From an uncultured Bacilli bacterium (GTDB taxonomy: Bacteria; Bacillota_I; Bacilli_A; RF39; UBA660), in contig CANRIE010000001.1 of the NCBI GenBank assembly GCA_947630585.1, positions 1-42,184 on the forward strand: a stretch of DNA of 42,184 nt. Reading direction: 5' to 3'. Under the pieces are notes generated by a model. That model did no database searches, was not told the DNA's origin, and saw nothing but the letters and a program-made list of their open reading frames with translations. Every line of letters starts with the position of its first letter. The first letter of the stretch is position 1. The translations under genes and the position numbers were made by a program. Below, piece by piece: positions 18,325-26,851 of this stretch.

Positions 18325-18370
18325 ATTATACATCTCTTTAGATGTAATGTCAACACATCTTTTTGAATGT
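18325..18370. promoter_or_regulatory. Consensus promoter of paralog 1 overlapped by two palindromic operator-like sites
   Basis: Minus strand: -35 TTGACA (18353-18348), 17-nt spacer, -10 TATAAT (18330-18325). O1 is TACATCT-CTTT-AGATGTA (18329-18346) and fills the spacer. O2 is ACATCT-TTTT-GAATGT (18355-18370) and sits just upstream. Confidence 0.55.
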
Positions 18371-18399
18371 ATAGGAAAATAATAATAAAGGAGTGAAAT

Positions 18400-18621
18400 A
18401 TGAATATAAAAAGATTAAAAGATTTAAGAGAAGATAATGATTTAAGTCAAAAAGAAATTGCTAAATTACTCAATACAACACAGCAACAATATTCTAAATA
18501 TGAACTTGGTATTAGATTAATACCAATTGATAAATTAAACATCCTTGCTGATTTCTATCAAACTAACACCGATTATTTACTTGGAAGAACTAATGTTAAA
18601 AAGCCTTATCCCAAAAAATAA
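18400..18621 (+). CDS. XRE/Cro-CI-family HTH regulator (73 aa)
   Basis: HTH segment LSQKEIAKLLNTTQQQYSKYELG, SD AAAGGAG. It is divergent from paralog 1. Confidence 0.85.
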   Translation: MNIKRLKDLREDNDLSQKEIAKLLNTTQQQYSKYELGIRLIPIDKLNILADFYQTNTDYLLGRTNVKKPYPKK

Positions 18622-18645
18622 AATCAGTCTTCACGATTGATTTTA
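18619..18645. terminator. Shared hairpin between convergent genes
   Basis: TAAAATCA-(11 nt)-TGATTTTA spans both stop codons. Confidence 0.4.
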
Positions 18646-19659
18646 TTTCATTTCTATTTTTAAAGTTCCTTTATTGTTTTCATATTCAAATGTTCCTAAA
18701 CTACCATTTATAATTGTAAATGTTGGCATCAAGTGACCAATATCAACATCATAAATAACTGGAACATTTAATTCATCAAATACTTTATGTAAAGCATCTA
18801 AGTATTCAAAGTCTCCGATTTCTTTCATGGCTCTTGTTCTGCCAATTAGAAATCCTTTGGTGTTAGAAAACCATCCAGCTTCCTTCATTTGCCAAAGTTT
18901 AGAATATAAATCTAAAGGGTTAGCATCAAAATCATCTAAATACCAAAGCATTCCTTCTTTAAATTCTCCAATAAAGTTTTTAGTATTATCATACTTAGTT
19001 CCAATAATTGAGGCAATGGCCTCCAAACACCCTCCAATTAATCTTCCTTTAATCACGATTTTTTTATCTTCATATAAACTTTTATAAGATACTTTATCAG
19101 TTAAATTAAATAAGGCATCATAAGTTTCTTTAGAAGATTTCTTCTTTTCATACATTCCATAACTTTCTTGAATTGATTCTTTATTTTTTAAAACCTCAAG
19201 AGATTTTAATAAAGATTTATCAAGAGAATACATACCAAATTTCATAATATTAACAGTAGTTGCTGTTGCTATATTAAAGTTTGTTGTTAAATAGAAATTA
19301 AGCAAACTTGAATCAGAATAGCCAGTTACCCATTTTGGTTCATTATTTAAAATGATATCTCTATCAAGATATGGTAACATATCAATTAAGAATTCTCCTC
19401 CTCGAACTTGGGCAATCATTGATATGCTATCATCCTTCCATAACTCAAGAAACTCTTTAGCACGCTCTTCACCACTTGAACTTACAAACTTTTCGTTACT
19501 CCTGACATTACTAGTTTCAATTATTTTATAACCTAATTTTTCCATATTTTTATAAGCATTATCAAGTCGTCTTAAATCAGTTAACTCTGTAACTCCAGAA
19601 CTTGTTGCTGTTACACCAATTACCCCATCATCTTTTAAAAACTTTGGATATTTAATCAT
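18643..19659 (-). CDS. S66-family LD-carboxypeptidase (MccF-like)
   Basis: The nucleophile context VTGYSDSS, a C-terminal His in DVDIGHLMP, and typical length. SD AGGAGG. Confidence 0.8.
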   Translation of the reverse strand: MIKYPKFLKDDGVIGVTATSSGVTELTDLRRLDNAYKNMEKLGYKIIETSNVRSNEKFVSSSGEERAKEFLELWKDDSISMIAQVRGGEFLIDMLPYLDRDIILNNEPKWVTGYSDSSLLNFYLTTNFNIATATTVNIMKFGMYSLDKSLLKSLEVLKNKESIQESYGMYEKKKSSKETYDALFNLTDKVSYKSLYEDKKIVIKGRLIGGCLEAIASIIGTKYDNTKNFIGEFKEGMLWYLDDFDANPLDLYSKLWQMKEAGWFSNTKGFLIGRTRAMKEIGDFEYLDALHKVFDELNVPVIYDVDIGHLMPTFTIINGSLGTFEYENNKGTLKIEMK

Positions 19660-19668
19660 ACAGTCCTC

Positions 19669-20814
19669 CTAATTAATAGTTGCTTTAAGCTTATTCATAA
19701 AGTGATGTTTATCTTCTAAATACATATATATTATTTTTAAAGTTGCAATTATAGGTGGTGCAAATATCATTCCAACTACTCCAAAGAAATATTCAAATAC
19801 TAATAAACTAACCATAATTGTAATTGGATGCAAAGAAATTGCTTTTCCAACAATTAAAGGATGAAGAATATTTCCTTCTAAGAATTGAACGACAAATACG
19901 GTTATCAAGCAACCAATTCCTGCAAAAGGACTAATTGCAAAACCAACAACAACAACTGGAATTCCTCCAATATAAGGTCCAAAATAAGGAATTATATTAG
20001 TAATTGCACAGAAAATTGCAAATAGAAGTGGAGATGAAATACCTGATATTAAGAAACCAATAAGGGATAAGATCAATACAAATAAACAAGAAAGTAAAGT
20101 ACCATTTACATAACTTCTTAACATATCATTTAAAGCAACTTTTAATTTATTTACTTCATTTTGATATTTCATAGGAACAAATAAGTTTATATATTTTGAC
20201 ACTTTAGAAAAATCAAGCGATAAGTAAAAGGCAATTAATAATCCTAAAGTAAAGTCAAATATTACTTTAAGTGATGAACCAACTCCTGAAACAATTCCAC
20301 TTAAATCATTAGCACTTAAGTTAGTTGCCCAATCATTAAGAGTTTTTAATAAATTATCTTTAAGTTCTGTTAAATCAAACTCACTACTTGAAATACTTGT
20401 AAATATATCATTAATAAATGTATTTATTTCACTTAAGAAATCAGGAATTTTTTTAATTAATTCATTGACCTGAGATATAAATTCTGGAACAATTAAAGCT
20501 AAAATTATACCTATTAAAAATATAAATATTAAATAAACAACGATAGTTGCTAGTTTTCTTCCAACTTTATTTTTAACGAAATAATTTATGGCAGGCTCAA
20601 GTATCCAGGCTAGACCTACTCCTATAAAAAATGGAGAAATTATACCTAAAATTTTTCCAATTGTAACTAAAACACTAGTCTTATCAAGAAGATAAATTAT
20701 TAAAACTCCAATTGCTAATATAAATAAAGTTAGCATTATCTTAAGTAAAATATTTCCAGTTTTAATAAGCTCATTTAAAGTTTTATAATCCATTTTATTA
20801 TTTTTATCTTGCAT
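19669..20814 (-). CDS. AI-2E family transporter (PerM/UPF0118)
   Basis: A 381-aa polytopic membrane protein with the typical NIIPYFGPYIGGIPVVVVG segment. Confidence 0.75.
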   Translation of the reverse strand: MQDKNNKMDYKTLNELIKTGNILLKIMLTLFILAIGVLIIYLLDKTSVLVTIGKILGIISPFFIGVGLAWILEPAINYFVKNKVGRKLATIVVYLIFIFLIGIILALIVPEFISQVNELIKKIPDFLSEINTFINDIFTSISSSEFDLTELKDNLLKTLNDWATNLSANDLSGIVSGVGSSLKVIFDFTLGLLIAFYLSLDFSKVSKYINLFVPMKYQNEVNKLKVALNDMLRSYVNGTLLSCLFVLILSLIGFLISGISSPLLFAIFCAITNIIPYFGPYIGGIPVVVVGFAISPFAGIGCLITVFVVQFLEGNILHPLIVGKAISLHPITIMVSLLVFEYFFGVVGMIFAPPIIATLKIIYMYLEDKHHFMNKLKATIN

Positions 20815-20823
20815 TATGCCCTC

Positions 20824-21849
20824 CTATATTATTAACATAGCATCCCCAAATGAGAAGAAACGATATTTCTCTTTTTGGGCTATCATATATGCATTCATTA
20901 TATATTCTTTTTTTGAAAAAGCACTAACTAACATTACTAAAGTTGATTTAGGTAAATGAAAATTAGTTATAAGTCCATCGATTGCTTTAAATTGATATCC
21001 AGGATAAATGAAGATATTTGTTGTTCCTGAACATTCTCTAAATTCATTATATTTTGAAGCAATCGTTTCAAGTGTTCTAGTTGAGGTTGTTCCAACAGCA
21101 ATTATCCTTCCTCCATTTTTCTTAACTTGATTTAGTTCTTCTGAAACGCTCTTGGACATCGAATAATATTCGCTATGCATTTCATGATCTTTGATATCAT
21201 CTACCATTACAGGTCTAAATGTACCTAACCCAACATGAAGCGTTATAAATAAAACTTTCACACCCTTTTCTTTAATTTTTTCTAGTAACTCATTTGTAAA
21301 ATGTAATCCTGCAGTAGGAGCAGCTGCACTCCCAATATTTTTAGCATAAACTGTTTGATATCTATCTTTATCATCTAACTTTTCATGAATATAAGGTGGA
21401 AGTGGCATTGAACCTAATTTATCAAGAATTTCCATTAATATTCCATCATAAATTAATTTAAAATGCCTTATTCCATCATCTTCTATTTTAATACATTGGG
21501 CTTTTAATAATCCGTCTCCAAACGTTACTATCGTATTAAGTTTTATTCTTTTAGCAGGTTTAGCAAGTGAAACCCAAACATTATCTCCAATATCTTTTAA
21601 GAGTAACACTTCAATTACTGCTTTAGTATCTTCCTTTTCACCAATTAACCTTGCAGGAATTACTTTGGTATCATTTAAAACTAAAGCATCGCCTTTTTTT
21701 AAATAATCTAAAATATCATAAAATTTTTTATGTGTGATGCTCCCGTCATTCTTTCCTAAAACCATTAATCTTGACTCATCCCTTTTTAAAATTGGAGTTT
21801 GAGCAATTAAAGACTCATCAAGTGGATAGTCAAAATCACTTACTTTCAT
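20824..21849 (-). CDS. queA: S-adenosylmethionine:tRNA ribosyltransferase-isomerase
   Basis: The N-terminus [19 protein letters not shown], plus PPYI and GTTSTRTLE motifs. Confidence 0.93.
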   Translation of the reverse strand: MKVSDFDYPLDESLIAQTPILKRDESRLMVLGKNDGSITHKKFYDILDYLKKGDALVLNDTKVIPARLIGEKEDTKAVIEVLLLKDIGDNVWVSLAKPAKRIKLNTIVTFGDGLLKAQCIKIEDDGIRHFKLIYDGILMEILDKLGSMPLPPYIHEKLDDKDRYQTVYAKNIGSAAAPTAGLHFTNELLEKIKEKGVKVLFITLHVGLGTFRPVMVDDIKDHEMHSEYYSMSKSVSEELNQVKKNGGRIIAVGTTSTRTLETIASKYNEFRECSGTTNIFIYPGYQFKAIDGLITNFHLPKSTLVMLVSAFSKKEYIMNAYMIAQKEKYRFFSFGDAMLII

Positions 21850-21867
21850 TTTCTCACCCTCTTGTAA

Positions 21868-22260
21868 TTATATTTTTCTAACTTTTCTTTTTATATCTAT
21901 ACTTTCTATTATATTTTGCTTTCTTTTTAAAGCTTTCTCACTAGGAGTTTCTTTTTTTACTTCTATTTCAATATTCCTAACTGGAATAGTAGCACTTTCT
22001 ATATCCTTTTTTTCTACACTTGTAGAGTCATTATTACTAATCTTTTTATTTTTTTTAATTTGTTTAAACATAAACCAATTTGTTTTTAAAATCGTTGCAA
22101 CTAAAAAGATTACCCCGATTATAAATATTGGAATTGCTAAAGTATCATCTGAAAATATTAAAACAGAAATTAAGATTAAAATTACTCCAACTGCATAAAA
22201 GGGGGTTGCTTTCATATTTTTATTTCTTATTTTTTCAGCCATATATTTATTTTTATCCAT
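21868..22260 (-). CDS. Hypothetical membrane protein (two TM helices and a Lys/Glu-rich tail), 130 aa
   Basis: SD AAGGAGA. It sits between ruvB and queA. No family recognised. Confidence 0.55.
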   Translation of the reverse strand: MDKNKYMAEKIRNKNMKATPFYAVGVILILISVLIFSDDTLAIPIFIIGVIFLVATILKTNWFMFKQIKKNKKISNNDSTSVEKKDIESATIPVRNIEIEVKKETPSEKALKRKQNIIESIDIKRKVRKI

Positions 22261-22271
22261 TTTTATTCTCC

Positions 22272-23279
22272 TTAACTAAATAAATTTTCTTGATAATTTA
22301 TTCCTAATAATTTATAAGATTTCATTGTTGCAACTCTGCCTCTTGGTGTTCTTTTAATAAATCCTTTTTGCATTAGGAATGGTTCACAAACATCAAGTAA
22401 GGTTGTAACCTCTTCCCCAATACTTGATGCAAGTGTATCAACTCCAACCGGGCCCCCATTGAATTTTTCAATTAAACTTCTTAAATATTGATGATCTATT
22501 TCATCAAGACCAAATGTATCAACCTTTAATCGGTCTAATGCATCTTCGGCAGTCTTTAAATCAATCGACTCACATCCTGCAACGAGTGCAAAATCACGAA
22601 CTCTTTTAAATAACCTATTGGCAATTCTTGGAGTTCCCCTGCTTCTAGTTGCAAGAGCCATTGCGGCATCTTCATCAATTGGCATTTCAAGAACTCTACT
22701 TGTTCTTTCAACAATTAACTTTAATTCTTCATTAGTATAATATTGTAGTTTACAAACTATTCCAAATCGATCTCTTAACGGACTTGTTATATCACCAGCT
22801 CTTGTTGTTGCACCAACTAAGGTAAAAGGTGGTAAATCAATCTTGATACTTCTTGCTTGTGAGTCACTTCCAACGACAATATCTAAAGTAAAATCTTCCA
22901 TTGCTGGATATAATATTTCTTCTATATATCTTGGAATTCTATGAATTTCATCAATGAATAACACATCCCCTGGCTCTAATGTTGAAAGAATGGCTGCTAA
23001 ATCCCCCGGCTTTTCAATAGCAGGGCCACTTGCAGTTTTTATATTTTTATGTAATTCATTTGCGATAATCATTGCAAGGGTTGTTTTTCCAAGTCCAGGC
23101 GGTCCATATAAAAGAACATGATCTAGGGCTTCATCTCTTATTAAAGCAGCATCTATAAATACTTTAATATTTTCTTTGGTTTCCGTCTGCCCAATATACT
23201 CAGATATTCTTAAAGGCCTAATACTTGATTCTATTAATGTATCTTCTTCTTCTTTTTCACTATCAATTATTCTAGCCAT
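22272..23279 (-). CDS. ruvB: Holliday junction branch-migration helicase RuvB
   Basis: Walker [12 protein letters not shown], Walker B LFIDEIH, sensor and winged-helix regions. Confidence 0.95.
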   Translation of the reverse strand: MARIIDSEKEEEDTLIESSIRPLRISEYIGQTETKENIKVFIDAALIRDEALDHVLLYGPPGLGKTTLAMIIANELHKNIKTASGPAIEKPGDLAAILSTLEPGDVLFIDEIHRIPRYIEEILYPAMEDFTLDIVVGSDSQARSIKIDLPPFTLVGATTRAGDITSPLRDRFGIVCKLQYYTNEELKLIVERTSRVLEMPIDEDAAMALATRSRGTPRIANRLFKRVRDFALVAGCESIDLKTAEDALDRLKVDTFGLDEIDHQYLRSLIEKFNGGPVGVDTLASSIGEEVTTLLDVCEPFLMQKGFIKRTPRGRVATMKSYKLLGINYQENLFS

Positions 23280-23291
23280 CTTTAACCTCCT

Positions 23292-23840
23292 CTATATCAT
23301 TAACCTTAATGCTTCTTTAATTTGTTCCTCAATACTATTTTCTTTATTAATTCTAGCAATAACACTTCTTACATCTTTATCTTTATAGCCAAGCGCAATA
23401 AGTGCTTCAAATACTTCATCAGTACTTGTTTCTTCAACAACACCTTCAATATGAATTTTACCCTTTAAGTCTAAAATCATTTGTTTAGCTAATTTATCTC
23501 CAATTTTTGGAAATTTCTTTAAATATAAAATATTTTCTCTATTAATTGCATCAGCTATTCCTGCAATTGAACCTGCTGCAATAATTGGTAAAGCCATTTT
23601 AGACCCTAACCCTTTAACACTTATTAATTTTAAAAATAATTCTTTTTCTTCCAAAGTTTTAAATCCAAATAATAAATGTTCATCTTCTTTAATTTGTTGA
23701 TATAGATAAACTTTATATTCTTCATTTTCTTTAAATGCATAAGGATTAGGAGTATATATTAAATACCCTATTCCATTATTATCTAAAGTAATACTACTAC
23801 TATCAACTTCACTTATTTTTCCTATAATATAACTATACAT
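23292..23840 (-). CDS. ruvA: Holliday junction DNA-binding protein RuvA
   Basis: MYSYIIGKI..., an OB fold, HhH motifs (VKGLGSKMALPI; FPKIGDKLAKQMILDLK) and the C-terminal domain III. The track's GTG at 23849 is a possible alternative start. Confidence 0.9.
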   Translation of the reverse strand: MYSYIIGKISEVDSSSITLDNNGIGYLIYTPNPYAFKENEEYKVYLYQQIKEDEHLLFGFKTLEEKELFLKLISVKGLGSKMALPIIAAGSIAGIADAINRENILYLKKFPKIGDKLAKQMILDLKGKIHIEGVVEETSTDEVFEALIALGYKDKDVRSVIARINKENSIEEQIKEALRLMI

Positions 23841-23920
23841 ACCTACCACTTAACTTTCATTAATAATTATAAAATAAAAAAAGTAATTTGTCTATAAAAT
23901 AAATCACTTTCTTTATATTT

Positions 23921-25861
23921 TTATTCAGGTAGTCCAATAGTATAGGGACTGTCAGGACTCATACCATCGCCTCCAGTTATTATAACTTCTGGCTTTAAGT
24001 AGATGGATGGGCGAGCGTTAAAATCCTGGTAAGGAGTCTCATAATAAAGCACACCATAATCAAGCATAAAGAGTACATTGGAGCTATCGTAAGGTGTTAT
24101 CAAGCATATCATATCACTTGATGGTGAAGAACCACTACCTAATTGTACCGAAAACATTTCTCCCATTCTTGGTAATCCTACTTTCCCTGTCCATGTGCTT
24201 GTTGTTTTTACACAACTACTTGTTGGTGCGGTTGTATTACTTTCACTACATATCGAATTTTTATAACTTTCATAATTTACTTGTCCCAAATAGTATGTTC
24301 CTTTGGTTATATATTTATTTAATTCTTCAGTTAACCATGTTCCTTTAAAAGTTTCTTCATTAGTATTATTTAAATAATAGCCCCAACAATCATTACTTGC
24401 ACTGGCAACTGAATCTCCATAATTAGTTGTTCTTCCAAATTCTTTATTTAAGATTACATTATTGCTATCTCTTACATAATCGATACTTGTTAATTTGGTT
24501 ATGTTATTACCATTTTCATCTTTATCTATTCCTACTATTCTATATTTTTTATTATCTACTTCGACATACTCTCCACTTAATCTGGTATTGATTAATTCTC
24601 CACTATTTCCTGGCTCCTTATCCCCGTTTATACGATATGGATTAGTCTCGCTTCCATCTCCTCCTGCTACTATTCCGATATTTGATTTTAGATTAATAGA
24701 TGGACGAACGCCGAGTGGTTCCATACCCAAATTGGAGGAGATCCGATAGCCATCGTAGTGCACAAAATACACCTCATCATCTATTGATGGTGTTATTAAC
24801 CACCATGAAAAACCATTATTTAAATAACTATTAGATTCATCTTCTGCATTTTTCCAACTTTGATAATGTTCATACGAATTCAATGACCCTATAGCTCCTT
24901 TTACTATTGTTGCATTTTCATATATTGATGGGTTTGTGGCATAAACATCAGTTTTAGTTGCATTCCAAGAGGCATCTTTGACTATTATATTTTCATAATT
25001 ATAAAGTGTATCCTTAAAATCTTCATTTAACCATTGATATATCCAGGAACCTTCATACTTTGTATTATTTTTTTCATTCCAATTTATTGCTGTTATTGCA
25101 TCTTGCGTTATTAATTTCATGGAACCATCTGAATTTATGGCTACTATTCTCCATAATTTCCCTGAATACCATACATAGTTGAAATTTACACAATCGTTGG
25201 TTCCTGAAAAATAAATTGTATCATCACTTGGGTCTCCTGGAGTATAATTATCATCAGTTAAAGTTGGAGTACATGTATCTGTAGTATGAGTTTGAATGGC
25301 TTCTTTAATTTTATCCCCTAAAGGAATTGGCTTATCTAAATTTTGATTTCCTTCAACTACTACTTTTGCTTTAAATTCTTTATTCATATAAGTATTATCT
25401 GCTGTTTCCATAAGCCATACTTTAACATGATATTCACTTGTTTCTCCTACTTTTAATTTACCAGAACTCTCTATATATTTATCATCATTTAATATTTTAG
25501 GTTCAGAATAACCTTTATTATCTTTATTTACTATATATTTAATAACTGTTTTAAATTCAGGGTCAGTTGATAATTCTTCTATATAAACATTATAATTAGC
25601 AACTAAGTTACCTGTATTTTTTACTTGAAATACTAATTCTTGTTCTAAAGACATTCCTTCTTCATCAGTCATAGGATACATATCAGATAGATTTAAAAAC
25701 TCTGTTTTAGAATCCACAAATGTAACCTCAAGTGTTCCTACATTAATAACATAACTATTATTTGATTCTTTAGTATACATTAAATAAGCATAACTAGAGC
25801 CTAGTATTAATACCAAACTTAATGTTATTATCATAATTAATAAATTTCTTTTATTATTCAT
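23921..25861 (-). CDS. Secreted/surface protein, paralog 2 (646 aa), same architecture as 16451-18295
   Basis: The first ~172 aa are nearly identical to paralog 1 at both protein and DNA level. After that, conserved framework blocks (NFNYVWYSGKLWRI, SWIYQWLNEDFKDTLYNYE, GVRPSINLKSNI..GGDGSETNPYRI.GDKEPGNSGELINTRL, ITGGDGMSP.S.YTIGL) alternate with divergent segments. Confidence 0.7.
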   Translation of the reverse strand: MNNKRNLLIMIITLSLVLILGSSYAYLMYTKESNNSYVINVGTLEVTFVDSKTEFLNLSDMYPMTDEEGMSLEQELVFQVKNTGNLVANYNVYIEELSTDPEFKTVIKYIVNKDNKGYSEPKILNDDKYIESSGKLKVGETSEYHVKVWLMETADNTYMNKEFKAKVVVEGNQNLDKPIPLGDKIKEAIQTHTTDTCTPTLTDDNYTPGDPSDDTIYFSGTNDCVNFNYVWYSGKLWRIVAINSDGSMKLITQDAITAINWNEKNNTKYEGSWIYQWLNEDFKDTLYNYENIIVKDASWNATKTDVYATNPSIYENATIVKGAIGSLNSYEHYQSWKNAEDESNSYLNNGFSWWLITPSIDDEVYFVHYDGYRISSNLGMEPLGVRPSINLKSNIGIVAGGDGSETNPYRINGDKEPGNSGELINTRLSGEYVEVDNKKYRIVGIDKDENGNNITKLTSIDYVRDSNNVILNKEFGRTTNYGDSVASASNDCWGYYLNNTNEETFKGTWLTEELNKYITKGTYYLGQVNYESYKNSICSESNTTAPTSSCVKTTSTWTGKVGLPRMGEMFSVQLGSGSSPSSDMICLITPYDSSNVLFMLDYGVLYYETPYQDFNARPSIYLKPEVIITGGDGMSPDSPYTIGLPE

Positions 25862-25886
25862 ATTTTATTACTCCTATTCTATTTAT

Positions 25887-25915
25887 ATTTTAACACATTG
25901 TGTCCCGTTTTACAA
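25887..25915 (-). promoter_or_regulatory. Promoter of paralog 2
   Basis: Minus strand: -35 TTGTAA (25915-25910), 17-nt spacer, extended -10 TGtTAAAAT (-10 hexamer 25892-25887). The spacer contains the palindrome ACACA-T-TGTGT (25893-25903), which differs from the paralog-1 operators. Confidence 0.45.
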
Positions 25916-25923
25916 ATCAAAAT

Positions 25924-25973
25924 TAAAAAGACATATAAAACCTAGTAGTATTATTCTACCAGTTTTATATGTC
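25924..25973 (-). terminator. Rho-independent terminator ending the pfl/sORF transcript
   Basis: A perfect 12-bp stem, GACATATAAAAC (25930-25941) with GTTTTATATGTC (25962-25973). On the minus strand TTTTTAATTTT follows. Confidence 0.6.
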
Positions 25974-26000
25974 GAAAAATAGTATTTATTGTAATTTTAA

Positions 26001-26087
26001 CTAGATGATTTTTTGATACGCCCCCCCCATAGTTATCATATCGTTAACATATTTATTTGATACAAATCTATTTTCTTTTCTTAACAT
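26001..26087 (-). CDS. Unlisted 28-aa sORF (MLRKENRFVSNKYVNDMITMGGAYQKII) containing a G8 tract
   Basis: A strong SD (AAAGGAG) lies 9 nt before the ATG, between pflA and the terminator. There is no homology information. Confidence 0.3.
   Translation of the reverse strand: MLRKENRFVSNKYVNDMITMGGAYQKII
26021..26028. repeat. C8/G8 homopolymer tract
   Basis: Eight consecutive C residues on the plus strand. This is the only long G/C homopolymer I noticed in an otherwise very AT-rich window. Confidence 0.9.
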
Positions 26088-26149
26088 AATTGAGGGCTCC
26101 TTTCTTTATTTTCTATTTAATCATATCATAATTAATTAATTTTGAAAAG

Positions 26150-26851
26150 TCATAATTTTAAAAATTCTTGATATAATCTGTCACATTCATCTTTATCCAT
26201 TGCAGGAAGTTTTCTTAAAGGATTTTTTAGATTTAATTCTAAATATTTTTCACTTCCAAGTTTATGATAAGGAATAAATGTTATATCCGTAATATTATTA
26301 ATCTTTTTTAGATATTCTTTTAATTCTTTAATATAGTTTAAATTATCATTAAAATTAGGAACTATTACTTGTCTTATGGAAACATCTTTTTTACTTTCAT
26401 TTAATATTTTAATAAATTCTTCTACTTTATTTATTTTCGATTTTGTTAAATATTCATATTGTTTTGGTTTAACATGTTTAATATCAAGAATTATTAAATC
26501 AACATATTTTAATAACTCTTTAATATCACCATTAAAGTCTCCTGCAGTATCAATTGCAATATGAATACCTTCTTTTTTTAATTTCTTACAAACTGATATT
26601 AAAAAGTTAGTTTGAAGAAGGGGTTCACCTCCTGAAAAGGTTATCCCACCTCCTCTTTTAAAATAATTTTTATAACGAAGTAACTTTTTTACTAATAAAG
26701 TATCGGTGTAATTTGGTTTTTGCATTTTAAACATTTCAGGGTTATGACAATATAGGCAACGTTTATTACAACCTGACATAAAGACAATCGTTCTAATTCC
26801 TGGTCCATCAACACTAGTTAGGGTTTCAATTGAAAACACTGACCCATTCAT
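26150..26851 (-). CDS. pflA: Pyruvate formate-lyase activating enzyme (radical SAM)
   Basis: The CNKRCLYCHNPE CxxxCxxC cluster and the GGGITFSGGEPLLQ motif. Its ATG overlaps the pflB stop by 1 nt. Confidence 0.92.
   Translation of the reverse strand: MNGSVFSIETLTSVDGPGIRTIVFMSGCNKRCLYCHNPEMFKMQKPNYTDTLLVKKLLRYKNYFKRGGGITFSGGEPLLQTNFLISVCKKLKKEGIHIAIDTAGDFNGDIKELLKYVDLIILDIKHVKPKQYEYLTKSKINKVEEFIKILNESKKDVSIRQVIVPNFNDNLNYIKELKEYLKKINNITDITFIPYHKLGSEKYLELNLKNPLRKLPAMDKDECDRLYQEFLKL

Noticed and set aside
16451-25861. A diversity-generating retroelement as the explanation for the variable regions of the two paralogs.
   Set aside because: The window contains no reverse transcriptase gene and no non-coding template repeat. 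Divergence includes indels and is not restricted to adenine-templated positions.
26001-26087. The sORF's internal 'GG' (…DMITMGG|AYQKII), considered as a double-glycine leader of a short pheromone.
   Set aside because: The residues at -4, -7 and -12 (T, D, N) do not fit the hydrophobic pattern seen in the two genuine GG leaders at 30.0-30.3 kb. The GG is simply the translation of the G8 tract.
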